Source of the DNA: Chiloscyllium plagiosum
Lineage: Eukaryota
DNA length: 64,000 bases
Assembly (NCBI RefSeq): GCF_004010195.1
Contig: NC_057710.1
Span: forward strand, 94,507,145-94,571,144
Direction: 5' to 3'
Within the stretch, counting starts at the first letter, position 1. The number at the start of each line of letters is the position of its first letter. Both the position numbers and the translations under genes were made by a program. The notes under the pieces were generated by a model. That model saw only the letters and a list, made by a program, of their open reading frames with translations, was not told where the DNA came from and did no database searches. Of the stretch, positions 1-13,450 are shown one piece after another.

Positions 1-74
1 TTTTAAAAATAATCTCATGATTCTGTCATGCTAAGTCGCAGATTTTACTATGTGTACAAACTAACTTTGTTGCT

Positions 75-400
75 AAAGGGAATTGACAAAGAGTGGGCCA
101 ATCTAGAACGAGAGGTTTTAGTTTCAGGTTAAGGGATGGCAAATTTAAAATGAAGATGAGAAATTACTTCTCTGAGGGTCATGAAACTATGGAATTCACA
201 ACCTGGGTGGCGTGAACACAGGACACTGAATACATTTAAGGAGGTAGTTAGATTTTAAGAGATAATGGGTTGAGTTGTTATGGAGAACAGGCATGACAGT
301 TGAGTTGAGGCCAAGATGAGATCAGCCATGATCATATTGAATGTCAGAACAGTCCTGAGGGGCTGAATTGCCTAATCCTGCTCCCAGTTCTTACATTCTT
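75..400 (+). mobile_element. CR1 LINE 3' end fragment
   Basis: 'agatcagccatgatcatattgaatg...gggctgaattgcctaatcctgctcc' 3' UTR motif recurs in other CR1 ends in the window. Confidence 0.75.
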
Positions 401-1504
401 ACATTCTTATATTCTTATTTAGTTCTATCAGTTTGGTATGGTAATTCTTTGAGTAAATGGGAGTTTCATTGTGATATGGGGCAGTTCCAAGAATGTTTTT
501 GGCATGAATGTTCAGGAATTTAGTACCGACTTTTATGTAAGTAGAAGGAAGTGTTCTGAGAGTATACTTGAAAGCATACAATAATGTTCTTGTACATCCT
601 TGCACTACGTCACTTTTTGGTTGTAAAATAATCGCGGCTGCCAGTCTAGTGATTACTGCATTGTCAGATGGGATATCTTTGACAGAAATGTGTGTTTAAC
701 ATGGACAAGATGTCAAACATTCCAAGAATTTGTAGACTCCACACAGTGGCTTAAATGTGACTGAAAATTATATTTCATCACATTCTTACAATGTTTCTCT
801 GCACTTTAACATAAACTTGTGTGCCTTGTATTGTCTTATTTTGTCTCCTATTACTTCAGACCATAAAAAAATCTTTCAACTTAATACAACTTGGTGAAAT
901 GTTTATTTTTCTGCCATGAAAATGTTTATGTTTATGAGAAGCTATTTGAAAATTGATATTTGTACTTTGTAAAAAAGCAGAACATCTACTGAGCCACACA
1001 TTTCTCTCCATGAAAGCAGTAAATATATTTCAAAAGGCTAAAACTACATTGGGAAACCATGCGCAATGGAATCAAAATGACATGTTGACCAATTAGAATT
1101 AAAATTGGCCCTGTAATATGTGTGCCACACTCCTGAGAATTAGCAGTTGGTGAGGTGTTTAACTCCTGAGCAAGTCTTTGGGAAACAGAAGCTCTGGCTG
1201 TGGTAGACCTGATTTGCTATGTTGTGCTTGATTTATTCTCATTACTGAAAATGAGAGAAGGTCAAACTGCAGCTGTGCATTGCAACCATATTGTGACCTT
1301 AACCAGCTAATCGCTGCTTTAAAAGAAAGACAGTAATGGAATGCCACAAAATGTTTTCAGATTTGTTCAATTCCAGATCACTCCATGAATTATTTAAAAT
1401 ATTAATTCTTAAAAACATGACTAAAGAAGGCAATCTAATCTCAAATGACTTGTATGTAATCAGAATCAGCGCAGTGTTAAAAGGGGCATGAGTAAAGAGT
1501 TGCT

Positions 1505-2216
1505 TAGAGTCATAGAGATGTACAGCATGGAAACAGACCCTTCGGTCCAACACGTCCACGCCGACTAGATATCCCACCCCAATCTAGTCCCACCTGTCAG
1601 CACCTGGCCCATATCCCTCCAAACCCTTCCTGTTCATATACCCATCCAAATGCCTTTTAGATGTTACAATTGGACCAGCCTCCACCACTTCCTTTGGCAG
1701 CTCATTCCATACATGTACCACCCTCTGAATGGAAAAGTTGCCCCTTAATATATCTTCCCCCTCTCGCCCTAAAACTATGCCCTCTAGTTCTAGACTCCCT
1801 GACCCCAGGGAAAAGACTTTATCTATTTATCCTATCCATGCCCCTCATGATTTTATAAACCTCTATAAAGTCACCCCTCAGCATCTGACGCTCCAGGGAA
1901 AGCAGCCCTAGCCTATTTACCTCTCCCTATAGCTCAAATCCTCCAACCCTGGTAACATCCTTGCAAATCTTTTCTGAACCCTTTCCAGTTTCACAACATC
2001 CTTCTGATAGGAGGGAGACCAGAATTGCACGCAATATTCCAACAGTGTCCTAACCAATGTACAGCCGTTACGTGACCTTCCAACTCCTATACTCAATGCT
2101 CTGACCAATAAAGGAAAGCATACCAAACGCCGCCTTCACTATCCTATCTACCTGCGACTCCACTTTCAAGGAGCTATGAACCTGCACTCCAACGTCTCTT
2201 TGTTCAGCAACACTCC
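1505..2216 (-). mobile_element. CR1 (HER1-like) LINE 3' portion
   Basis: Minus-strand ORF with LVRTLLEYCVQFWSPSYQKDVVKLERVQKRFARMLPGL (CR1 ORF2 C-terminus) and a (tctatgac)-type tail. Confidence 0.9.
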
Positions 2217-2249
2217 CTTCTTAACAGTTTTAGAATGTTAATGAAGTCA

Positions 2250-2740
2250 GTCATTGAATCTCTGAATGATTGAACATTAGGACAAGTATGAACTTATTAA
2301 ATAGTCAGCATGGGGTTCTGAAGGATGGCTGTATGACTAATCTCTTTCTTTTGTGACAGCCACTAACATGGTGGAGTGTATTGATGCACTTCCAAAAGGT
2401 ATTTGGTTTGGAAGCTTATTTTCTTTCAAAAATTTGAGAATTGAATTTGTGTATCAGCTTTTCACTAGATATGACAAATAATTGGACCAAAGAACAGCTA
2501 GTTGTAGATCATAAACTCCAAATTGCACTAGTTAGGAGGCTCAATAAGTTTTCTAAGTGAGCAGAGAAAGTTCCAAAAGAACATAAACAGATTAAATGAA
2601 CAAGTAAGCTTGCAGCAAATGGAGTTTAATGTGGAGAAATGTGACATCATCCACTTCAATATGAGAAAGGCAAATTTGAATATTTTCTTTATGGTAAGAG
2701 TCTCAGTAGGATTCTCCATAATCCAAGATTGTGCTGTAAG
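2250..2740 (+). mobile_element. Degenerate CR1 RT fragment
   Basis: Eroded SQHGF / DFQKAF / WQMEFNVEKC-like segments. Confidence 0.6.
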
Positions 2741-2769
2741 AGCTGCTGCGTTTTGAGATAATTTAGGTG

Positions 2770-5722
2770 TTGAAGGTAATTTCCTCACATTTTAGGAGCA
2801 GTAATTACTGTTTTATACGTTGTTGCATGTTTTGGAATTTATGGGGGTAAAGATCAAAACAACGGCACGTTAAAAAGGAGGAAGAGAACAAAGGTAGAGA
2901 CCACATGGTCAGTGAAAGAGAGAGAGATAGAAAGAAACCTACATGCTGTCTGACACAACAGTGAAACAGCACAGCGACTGCCTTTGCTGTTTGAGATCAA
3001 GTATTTCTTGACTATCAGAGTATTTCTCAGAAAAATTAACAAACAGCTAAAATCACAGCTGACCTTGGAGGAAGCATTGAAGCAGATAAGTGCATAGTTT
3101 TTACGTGTAACCTTGCTGTCTTTTTTTAATTGTTAGTAGAGTAGATTCTTTTAGGTTATATGTTATACTGAGATCTGTCTCTTGATTAAAATTATAAAAT
3201 ATAAAAGATAGGTACTATGTTAGCGGGAGAGTATTTTTTAGAGCAGTAAGACTGTGGTATTTTCTGTAGATTGTTAAGGTACAATGATGACCTTTAGTAG
3301 ATTGATGTGCTCTTCCTGTCAGATGTGGGAGTTTAGGGAGAATTTCCATGTTGTTAATGATTATGCTTGCAGGAAGTGTCTTTGGTTGCGAATCCTATCA
3401 GATCACATGGATTGGTTGGAGTTGCATTTAGAGGCAACAAGGAATTTACAGGAGCTAGGGAGTGTAATGGATGGCAGGTATAGGAAGGGAGAAAAGCCAC
3501 AGATACAGTCAGGTAGGTGGGTTACCACCAGGAAAGGTTGGAGAGGGAGGCAGGTAATGCAGGAGTCTCCTGTAGCTGTCCCCATCTCAAAGAAATACGC
3601 TGGTTTAGAAAATGTAGGTGTGAGGGACTCTCGGGGAAATGTGGCACAAACAGCTCTAATGTCATGAGGGGTACGTCAGGTTCCAAGCGATCGATTGTGA
3701 TAGAGGACTCTCTGGTCAGAGGCATGCACAGATATTTCTGCGCCGACAGTGAGAAATCAGAATGGTGTGTTGCCTCCCTGGTGCCAGGATCAAGGATATC
3801 TCAGAGAGAGTGCAGGATATTCTCAAAGGGGAGAGTGGCCAGCAGGAGATCATTGTACACTTTGGAACTAATGACATAACAAGGGAAAACGATGAGATTC
3901 TGAAGGGAGAATATGGGAAATTAGGCAGGTATTTAAAGAGGAGTTCTTCGATGGTAATATGGAATACTCCAAATGCTACAAGCTAGTGAGGGTAGGAATA
4001 GAAGGATAGAGCAGTTGAATGTGTGGCTGAGGAGCTGGTGTAGGGGAGAAAGGTTCACATTTTTGGATCATTGGAATCTCTTCTTGTGGTAGAAGTCACC
4101 TGTATAAGCAGGACGGATTGCACTTGAATTGGAAGGGGATGAATAGCAGGGAGATTTGCTAGAGCTGCTTGGGAGGATTTAATCTCGTAAGGTGAGGGGG
4201 TGCATGGTGTGGAGGTGGGGATGGTACCCAGGGAGATCGTGAGGAAAGATCAATCTGAGATTGGTACACTTGGGAAAAGGAGCAATTCAAACAATCGGGG
4301 CAGACGGGAACAAAACAGAGAACTAAGTCAATTAAACTGCATTTATTTCAATGCAAGAGGCCTAATAGGGAAGGCAGATGAATTCCAGGCATGGTTAGGA
4401 ACATGGGACTGGGATATCATTGCAATTACAGAGACATGCCTCAGGGAGAGGCAGGACTGGCAGCTTAATGTTCCAGGATACAAATGCTACAGGAAGATAG
4501 AAAGGGAGGCAAGAGAGAAAGATGAGCGGTGTTTTTGATAAAGAATAACATTATGGCTTCACTTAGGGAGGATAATACTGGGAATATGTCCAGGGAAGTT
4601 ATTTGGTTGGAACTGAGAAATAAGAAAGGGATGATGACCTTATTGGGATTGTATTCTAGACCCACCCCCCAACCAATAGTCAGCAGGAAATTGAGAAACA
4701 AATTTGTAAGTAGATCTGTTACCTGAACGAATATTAGGGTGGCAATGGTATGGGATTTTAACTTTCCAAACAGATTGGGACTGCCACAATATTAAGAGTT
4801 TAGATGGAGAAGAATTTAAGTGTGTACAAGAACATTTTCTGACTTAGTATGTGGATTTACCTACTAAAGGAGGTGCAAAACTTCACCTCCTCTGGGGAAA
4901 TAAGGCAGGGCAAGTAACTGAGATGTCAGTGGGGGAGCACTTTGGGTCAGCAACCATAATTCTGTAAATTTTAAAATAGTGATGGAAAAGGATAGACAGG
5001 ATCTCAAAGTTAAAGCTCTAAATTTGAGGAAGGCCAATTTTGACAGTATTAAGCAAGAACTTTCAAAAGTTGATTGGGTGCAGATGTTCATAGGTAAAGT
5101 GACTGCTGGAAAATGGGAAGCATTCAAAAATAAGAGAGTCCAGAGACAGTATGTTCCTGTTAGGGTGACAGGCAAGGCTGATAGGTGTCGGGAATGCTGG
5201 ATGACTAGAGAAATTGAGGGTTTGGTCAAAAGCAAGAAGGAAGCATATGTCAGGTATAGACAGCAGAGATCAAGTGAATCCTTAGGGTATAACAGCAGTA
5301 GGAATATACTTATAAAGAGGGCAAAAAGGGGACATGAAATAGCTTTGGCAAATAGGGTTAAGGAGAATCCAAAGGGATTTTCTAAATACATTAAGGACAA
5401 AAGGTAACTAGGGAGAGAACAAAACTCTTCAAAGATCAGCAAGGCAGCCATGTGTGGAACTGCAGGAGATAGGGGAGATACTAAACAAGTATTTTGCATC
5501 CATGTTTACTGTGGAGAAGGACATGGAAGATACAGAATATGGGGAAATAGGTGGTGGCATCTTGAAAAATGGAGAAATTGAGGACTGCAGATCTCCAGCA
5601 CCACATTTTTCAGCATTGATGTTCATGTATCCTGGTGATCATCAATAATATCTTTACTTCAACATCTTTAAAAATGTACATATTACAAAGGAGGAGGGGA
5701 TGGATTTCTTAAAACACGTAAA
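2770..5722 (+). mobile_element. 5' half of a CR1 LINE: 5' UTR, ORF1 (Zn finger + SGNH esterase) and ORF2 APE endonuclease; frameshifted, RT absent
   Basis: CSSCQMWE...YACRKC; IVIEDSLVRG (GDS motif); VCCLPGARIKD...IIVHFGTND; LNCIYFNARGL...DIIAITET; RVKENPKGFSKYIK. The 5' boundary is approximate. Confidence 0.9.
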
Positions 5723-5724
5723 CC

Positions 5725-5970
5725 TTCTGGATGTAAGTTTGCTCACTGAGTTGGAAGGCTTGTTTTCAGACATTTGGTCACAAGACTAGGTAAGATCATC
5801 AGTGAGTCTGCAGTGAAGCACTAGTGTTATGACCTGCTTTCTATTTATGTGTTTAGGTTTCCTTGGGTTGGTGATGTCATTTCCTGTGATGTCATTGCCT
5901 ACTCTTTTTCTCAGAGGGTGGTAAATGGGGTCCAAGTCAATGTGTTTGTTGATGGAATTCCATTGAACCA
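5725..5970 (-). mobile_element. Penelope-like element 3' UTR fragment (family A) with a damaged hammerhead motif
   Basis: Near-identical to 19076-19310; minus strand reads CTGATGAtcttacctagtcttgtgacCAAAtg. Confidence 0.8.
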
Positions 5971-6557
5971 TCTCCAAAGCGTTTACTTTCTTCGTTAAAT
6001 AAGGAGATCAAAACTGCATTCAGTATTTTGTGATATAGTCTCACAATTGCTTTGTATAATTTCTTTAACAGGTAATAACTATAAATCGTAAGCTATGGAG
6101 CTTTCTTACACTTCTAAACTTCCATAGGGAAGCAAACATTCAGCCCACCAAGTCTCTGCCTGGATCAAGCATTTCTAAGTAAATTATATTACCTGGTTAT
6201 ATACTTAGGTCACTGTACCTTTCTCTGCATTTAATATTTACCAATTTTCTCTTTGAAATGTACCTGTTCTCTGTCTGTTATTTTCCTGTGAAAAAGTATT
6301 CAATAGTCCAATAACTTGAATTTAGATCCAGATAACAATCAAAGTAGCATAGCATAAGGAAATTGGATTTGATTTGGATTGTTCTGGCAAGATCCTGACT
6401 CAAACCCAATCCCCACTTCATTTGTTCTGTTTTGTAAAATTTTTTTGCAATCCAAGTCTGGTGAAACAAACTAAATTTTTAAATGTTAACATTTATATGA
6501 AGAGTCTTTTTGTTTTAATAAGAAACCATTCCTAATGTAATTTTATTTCATCTTCAG

Positions 6558-6632
6558 ATCTGGTTTGCTTTTGTGAATGGTTTCTCCGGTCAGATTCTCT
6601 TTGAACGGTGGTGCATTGGTCTCTACAATGTG
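6558..6632 (+). CDS. ATP8A1: P4-ATPase phospholipid flippase ATP8A1, internal exon A (IWFAFVNGFSGQILFERWCIGLYNV)
   Basis: Acceptor tttcatcttcag|, donor |gtaagt; 75 nt, phase 0/0; peptide matches the ATP8A TM5-TM6 region (NGFSGQ motif) as recalled. Confidence 0.96.
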
Positions 6633-7884
6633 GTAAGTGTACATATAGTTGAATATTCAGTTCAGGTTGATGATTTACAGGGTTGGATGTGTACCCCATC
6701 CAAATATATCACCATCCTGTTTGTGACAAAAGTATTCAGTTCCTGTCTCTGTTCCACCTGACATTATCAAGAACTTAGGCCTTATTAACAGTTTGCTTAC
6801 ATCTGTCAACATTTAAAGTCAGTAAGAGTATTAAAGGCACGTGTCAATAACTCAGTTTGGTGAATATTCCCTGCCTCTTGCCAAGTTCCCTGTATTTGTA
6901 AATTTTGCTCACATTTTGCATTGCTGGAAGATCCCAAATACAGAAGGAATTTGTGCTTGAGATGATGCCCGCTCATGGGCTAATATTTCAAAGTCTCAAG
7001 CATGGACATTGAAGGGCTGGTGAGGAAGCTTGGCCACCTGCTGCTCATGAAGATATTTGCAATATGTCGGCTATCCGATAGATTCCAAAACACCATGAGC
7101 AGAATATCCAAATCTAATTAAAAGAATTTTGTACTGTACTGATGAGCTTCACAGTTCTGATCTAAAATCAGTGCCTTTCTGATGCATGAGTGATCATTAC
7201 GATTTGTAGTAGACTATCTTCACAAAATCATGTATTTGATCCATGTGCATAAGCAACACATTTAGGATGTGATTTCCAGGAGGCAGACCATTTTCGCATT
7301 CACTTGGTGAAATTGGACTAGTCCCACAATTTTGACACAGACAATAAACTGGATAGCTTACAATTCAATGACCCAAAACTTTGCTGTTTCTGAGCTTTCA
7401 ATAAAAGTTAACTGCTAAAATCAAATATTCTTATCTATATATATTTTGACCATTGCCAAAGATAATTGATGTAAAATGTTTCAATGTGCAGGTAAGTATA
7501 ATGCAATAATAACTCTCTGGTTTAAATGGTACAATTTATAGTCAATGCACCGGCGATTTATGGGGTTACAAAATGTTAATGTGCTCACTGAGTTTGGTCA
7601 GAAAACGTAGCACAAATCGAAATGAACATTTCAAATTGACATGATTAGTAAATCTCAATTTTTACTTACCTCAATTTGTACTTTACATGCGTCAAATTAC
7701 TGCTAATAACAGTTGCAGATAGCTGATAAGATATCCATGACATGTACGGCTATCTCCTACATCAATGGTATGACATTGTGTATGATGTTCAGCAGTTGTC
7801 TTCTCAATATTAATATTTTGCAGTGCCAGTTTAATATTGTTATTCAGAGCTAAGAAACTCAACTTATTTACCTGTGCATGTCAG

Positions 7885-8007
7885 ATTTTCACAGCTCTGC
7901 CTCCCCTCACTTTGGGAATATTTGAGAGATCATGTCGAAAGGAAAACATGTTGAAATATCCAGAGCTTTACAAGACATCACAGAACGCACTGAATTTCAA
8001 CACAAAG
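7885..8007 (+). CDS. ATP8A1: ATP8A1 internal exon B ([41 protein letters not shown])
   Basis: tgtcag| ... |gtaact; 123 nt. [23 protein letters not shown] is the ATP8A1-type rather than ATP8A2-type sequence as recalled. Confidence 0.96.
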
Positions 8008-8610
8008 GTAACTAATTTGTCGGCAACTGAAATTATATGTCCTTAACTAATTTAGTAAGTCTTACAAAGTACCAATATTATGGTATTAGGTACCAATCCC
8101 ATATTGCCTTAATAGGGTACTAACTTGGTGGAAAAAGTCTTTGACCAGTTGAGTTTCATATGTTAAAACGGAGGTGTTGAGTTGGATAGAAAAGATGGCA
8201 GAATCAAAAAGAGGAGGATGAAAGGCAGGACAGAATGAAAACTAATGAACATTAAGAAGCAACGTGATCACAGACAGTAAATGTGTTTGACAAATTTATT
8301 AACAATTTTTGAGATTATAACTAGGATAATAGGAAGCAGAAGAGGAATTTTACTTGAATTTTCAGAAAGCATTCAGAAAGGTATCATGCCAGATAAGGCC
8401 TCATGGAGTTAAAGTTGATGTATGAGCATAAATAGGGATTGGTTAATGGGCAAGACTTTGAGAGTAGAGAAAAATGGGACATTTTCAAGTTGCAAGGTTG
8501 TGCCAAAGCAAGATGCTAGGCCTTAGCTGTATATCATCCATATTAATGATTTAGAATAAGGGATAGTGAGTTTGTGATAATAGAAGTTGTGGGAGTCAGT
8601 AAGCTGATAT

Positions 8611-9253
8611 TGTCACAAACCTGGTCCCTTTATTCTAAAAGCTGTTCCTTTTCTCAAGGATACTGTGTCCTTGGTTTTTTTTCAGAGGGTTGTAAGCAGC
8701 TCCCGGTTCCAATTAGATTGGTTTGTTAGAGAGATTAAATGGTATTGAGAGACCTTTTTGTTTATGTGTAAACAGATGAGACTTCAGGCCAAAGTGGTCA
8801 TGTTCTAGAAATGACCTGTATAATGAAAGGGGAGTGGTCAGCTCTCTAGCTGAGCAGTTCAGTCCAGAACTAATTAGGAGTTTAGCTGTGTGTGAACAGG
8901 CTGCAAAAACACTCTCTCCCTTTTTGCCCTTCTAACTTCAACCTGTAATCATTTGTTCCATTTTTACTGTTTTTAAAGGGGGTTTGCTTATTGAGACTGT
9001 CACTGTATGTTCGGAATAGCATAATTAAGTCTAGTTTGGATAGACTGAGTTCTGCAGGGGTTCTTTATCCTGTTCTTTGTGTTCCATTGTGTCATTTTGT
9101 GAATACATTTTTGTCTGTTTTAAAACCTGGTAGTCAACCTAGCTAACTTACTCCGGGTAATTTTCGCTGTACGCTTACCAAAACAAATTGCAAAGTTATG
9201 GTCTGGGCTGCCCGCTTAAGAATGTTTTGAGTGATCTGGCCTAATCCATAAAA
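8611..9253 (+). mobile_element. Solo LTR (probably Gypsy-type)
   Basis: Starts TGTCAC, ends CCATAAAA (probably mutated ...AACA). 4-bp TSD ATAT at 8607-8610 and 9254-9257. Interrupts a CR1. Confidence 0.7.
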
Positions 9254-9799
9254 ATATGGACAGACTAATTGAAAGGGCAATGAGATAGCAGATGGGTATT
9301 ATAATGTGTGAGGTATTCACTTTGGTTATAAGAAAGATCTGAAATCCGAAATTTGAAAATGCTGGTGTTCAATTGGGTCTGCATATACACATTGAAAGAA
9401 CCAATTGTGCATGCAAGTATAGAAAGTAATTATGAAGGCAAATGGCATGGTGTCAATTACTACAGGGGGACTGGATACAAGAATAAAGACGTCTTACTAC
9501 AAAGCATTGGGATTGCACCTGGAAACTATGCACAGTGATCCAAGAAATGTTGAAAAGATTAATCAGTGGTTGAAAGGGCCATCTGATAATCAGAGGCTGA
9601 GTAAGTTGTCTTTACATTCTCCAGAGTCAAGAAGAACTGATGTGATCTCATTGAATAATAATAGATTCTGAACAGACTTGACAAGGGTGGACTATAAGAG
9701 CTTGTTTCCTTGTTGGGGAGTTAAAGCATGAGGGCCAGTTTCAGAATAAAGGGCTAATTGTTTAGGACTGGGATCAGGAGAATATCCTTCACATAAGGT

Positions 9800-10144
9800 G
9801 GCAGCAGAGTGGCTCAGTGGTTAGCACTGCTGCCATTGCAAGAACCTGGGTTCAATTCCGACATTGCTATTGTGTGGAGTGTTTGCATGTTCTCCTTGTG
9901 TCTGCATGGGATTCCTATGGGTGCTTCATTTTCCTCCCACAGTCCAAGGATATGCAGGTTAGGTGGATTGACCATGCCAAATTGTCCCACAGTGTTCAAG
10001 GATGTGCAGGTTAGGTGGATTAGCTATGGTAAAATGGGGGTTGCAGGATTTGGGTGGGGATCTGGGTCTGGGTGAGATGCTCTTTGGAAGGTCACTGTAG
10101 ATTCATTGGGCTCTCTTCCCGCACTGTAGGGATTCTTTGATTCT
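9800..10144 (+). mobile_element. HE1-like V-SINE
   Basis: tRNA-derived head (TGGCTCAGTGG A box, GGTTCAATTCC B box), V-domain tgtgtggagtttgca..., CR1-like tail. Confidence 0.85.
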
Positions 10145-11512
10145 GTGATAAAGAGTTGTGATGTTTTGATTTTCTCTGCCCCAGGGCGACTTGTGGATGC
10201 TGTACTGGTGATTACACTTAAGAGTGAGATGGACAGAACTTTGGTCTTTCAGGAAATCGAGAGAGTTGGGGCCTGGACAGGAAAGTGAAATTGAAGAATT
10301 CATGTGGAATTGTAATGAAGATTAGCCATGATTGTATTATATAGTGGAGCAGGTTCAATGGGTTGTATGGTCTCCTGCTTCTATTTCTTATCATCTTATG
10401 GTGATTAGGGACAGGTATTAAATCCTTAACATTACAACAAAGCACTAATAAACAGAACGTTTGGAATTGTTAATGTTCACTCTGTCGAGATAATGTTGTG
10501 GACTGGGCAGAAATCATCAGAGTGGGGTGGACAGCTCACCAACTGTCTTCTTCCGAGGCACTCTCCTGAGGATGCATTGTCAGGGTGAGACAATGTACCA
10601 GAAAGATGAGGACGGACCATGTTGGATTATTGTAGCACTTGTGCCGCTCGCTGGGGAGGAAGTAATGGTTGTGAAGGGCTGCTGGCCAATAGCTCCATTA
10701 TTCCTGGTAGTAGTAGACCTTAGTTTTGGTGCTGTAAGATGAGATCTGAAGAGAATCATTGCTTCGCACAGCAGTGCTATTGCCTTTCTGTGAGAGACAC
10801 GTAGACGAAGATACAATGGAGACAGTTAAGAGCTCTATGAAACCACAATTCATTTATTAAGTACTTAAGAGGGTGTCTGGTGGGCTAGATTCTGTCAGGG
10901 AAGCGGCATGATAGGAAGGATGGGGTGACACCTTTTTGGACAGGCTTTGCACCATATGCACACAGAGCACCTCCAACTGATGGAAGCTCCACTTGCCTTT
11001 CCAATTTTTTTTACACAGGCCATTAAAGAATCTTGCCCATTCCCTGCGACTGCTTATATCACATATGATGGCATAGGCAGTACCTTATTGTTATTAATTG
11101 AACTTCTAACTCACTCAGTTCACCCTTATTTACTTATTCACATATAGTGGGCAAGCTGCCAATTTTGGGGCCAACTCAATCTCCATATTAAGAAGGTGAA
11201 CTGAGTGATGGGTCTGAAGACAGCAATCTGCCCATTTTGGCATATCTTATATGCCCCAACTCAAAAAAAATATTGGAGCATATATTATCCATTTTACTGA
11301 AGTATAGTGCAATGTACACTTGTTCATCATTAGTTTCTATCAATAAAAGATAAAGATTTCCATTACGTACTAATGTTTGAAATAAGTAGCTCTTCTACTT
11401 TGTTTTAACATGCACATCTTGCATATTTATGCTTTTGCAATGTTTTCAGTTCTCTTTCTACTGGCAACAAAATCTGGACTGAGAAAGTTTAGAATTAATC
11501 AGGGGTATGGAT

Positions 11513-11608
11513 TCCCTCTTCCCTTCCCTTTTCCCTTCCCTTCCCTTCCCTTCCCTTCCCTTCCCTTCCCTTCCCTTTTCTTCCCTTCCTTTCTTCTTTT
11601 CTTCTCCC
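11513..11608 (+). repeat. (TTCCC)n polypyrimidine microsatellite
   Basis: Direct inspection. Confidence 0.95.
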
Positions 11609-12259
11609 AGTGATAATTTGGGAGTGCTTTTCTTGTTTCCCTAGTACACGTGTAAAATTCAAGTTCGGATATATTCTAGGATTATTGCTTCTACTGGTAG
11701 TTCAATAACAGCTGTGTAAAAATAAATATTCCACACAGGTACACAATAAAGGAAAGTGACCATTGGGGAAAAACAATAACTCCAGTATTTGAACGGAGAC
11801 AGAGTTGGAGTTGTCACAACAGACAAAAAAAAACAGAAGAATAGATTTCAAGGAGATCCAGCCCAATTCAATGACAGGACCTCTAGTTAAAAGCTTTTGA
11901 TCTGTTTCTTGGACAGATTGAGGTCTTGGTTGTAAGTTGGAAAAGCCTACAGCTCGAGGTAGCACCTGGAAAGCTTTGAGGAAGAGGGTCATGTGGGTCT
12001 AGAGGGGGTGGAGCTGTAGGGAAAGGACATTGGGATTGGGAGCAGACATCATGAAGTGAAGAGGAGGGGTGAATAGTTGCGGGCATCTGATCATATGTAA
12101 TCTTAGTGGATCAGAGAAGCATTCCTGCTGCAAGTCACCCATAAGCATTGCTGCTGAAACACATTAGCTGATGGATAGGCTCAAAATTCCAACCTGGAAA
12201 CATTAATAGTAACAGATAAAAAGATTTGTAGTAATATTTTAATGGCTAATCTGTTACCT

Positions 12260-13450
12260 AATATACCTGAAACCTGTAGACTTATTAGCCTGATATCAAA
12301 ACTAGGGAAAAGCTAAAATCTATTGTGAAGGCTGTGATAAATGGACACTTAAATAATAATAATCTGATCAGGCATAGTCAGCATAGATTTAGAAATAGGA
12401 AATTGTATTCATCAAACTTATTGGAGATGTTAATAACAAAACTAATAATGGAGAACCGATGGAAGTAGCATAATTTTCAGGTGTTTGATAAAGGCCCCAC
12501 AAGAGTCTAGTTAGGAAAATGAACAAAGGTGGAGTATGAGGTAATGTACTGATTAAGGACTGGCTAACAGAGAGAAGGAATAAGTGGATCATACACACAT
12601 TGGCACGCTGTGATCAGTGGGTACTGTGAGTATCAGTAGGATCAGGCTCCTTATTTGGGTTTGGGAATCAAATAGAATAATCCCAAATTTGCAAATGTGC
12701 AAAGATGAGTGTAACTCTGTGCTGTGAGGAAGATGTTAAGTGGCTAAATAGAATTTGAATAGGCTTAGTGAATGAGCAAGAGCATGGCAGAAGGAATGTA
12801 ATGTGGAAAAGTAGAGACTTTCCACTTTGATAGGAGAAACAGATGTGTAGATTATTTCTTAAGTGGTGAGAGGTTGGTAAGTGTCGACGTACAACAGGAT
12901 CTTGTTGATGAGTCACTGAAGGCTAACATGCACAGTGCAGCGAACTGCTGGGAAACCAACTAGAATGTTGGCCTTCATCACAAGAGGATATGTGTACAGC
13001 AGTAGTGAAATCTTGCTTCAATTGTATAGGAGCTTGGTTATGTTTCACTTGGAATACTGTGTGCAGTTTTGATATCCTTATCTCAGGAAAAATGATAATG
13101 CTGTAGATGGAATGTAACAAAAGTTCACCAGTTTGTTCCCAGGATGGCAGGACTGGCCTATGAAGAGAGATGGGGCAGGCTGAACTGAAGAATAAGGTGT
13201 TATTTCGATTAGAGATGAGAATTATTTTATATTTAGTGGTTTATGAGCCTTTGGAATTCTCTACCACAGATGGCAATATAAGGTCAGTCTTTGAGTATGT
13301 TTAAGGTCACAGAATTCTTATTAGTAGTGGTATACAGGATTGTGAGGATGGGGAGAGCAAAAGTTCTTAAAGTGTTTGATCAGCCACGATTGTATTGAAT
13401 GGCGTGACAGCCTTGATGAGCTGAATGGCCTACCCCTGTTCATATGTTCT
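12260..13450 (+). mobile_element. Degenerate CR1 RT to 3' end
   Basis: SQH(G)F, YCVQF and 3' UTR motifs; many stop codons. Confidence 0.8.

Larger units (their letters stand above)
8260..10400 (+). mobile_element. Old CR1 RT/3' region interrupted by a solo LTR and an HE1-like SINE
   Basis: CR1-like text on both sides of each insert (e.g. gctgatat|LTR|atatggacagactaattgaa); CR1 3' UTR at ~10320-10395. Confidence 0.75.

Noticed and set aside
420-680. Possible Tigger/pogo DDE remnant (KAYNNVLVHP resembling KALLLLDNAPAHP)
   Set aside because: Too degenerate to support without a search.
4864-5499. 211-aa - strand ORF (longest in the track)
   Set aside because: Antisense shadow of CR1 ORF2.
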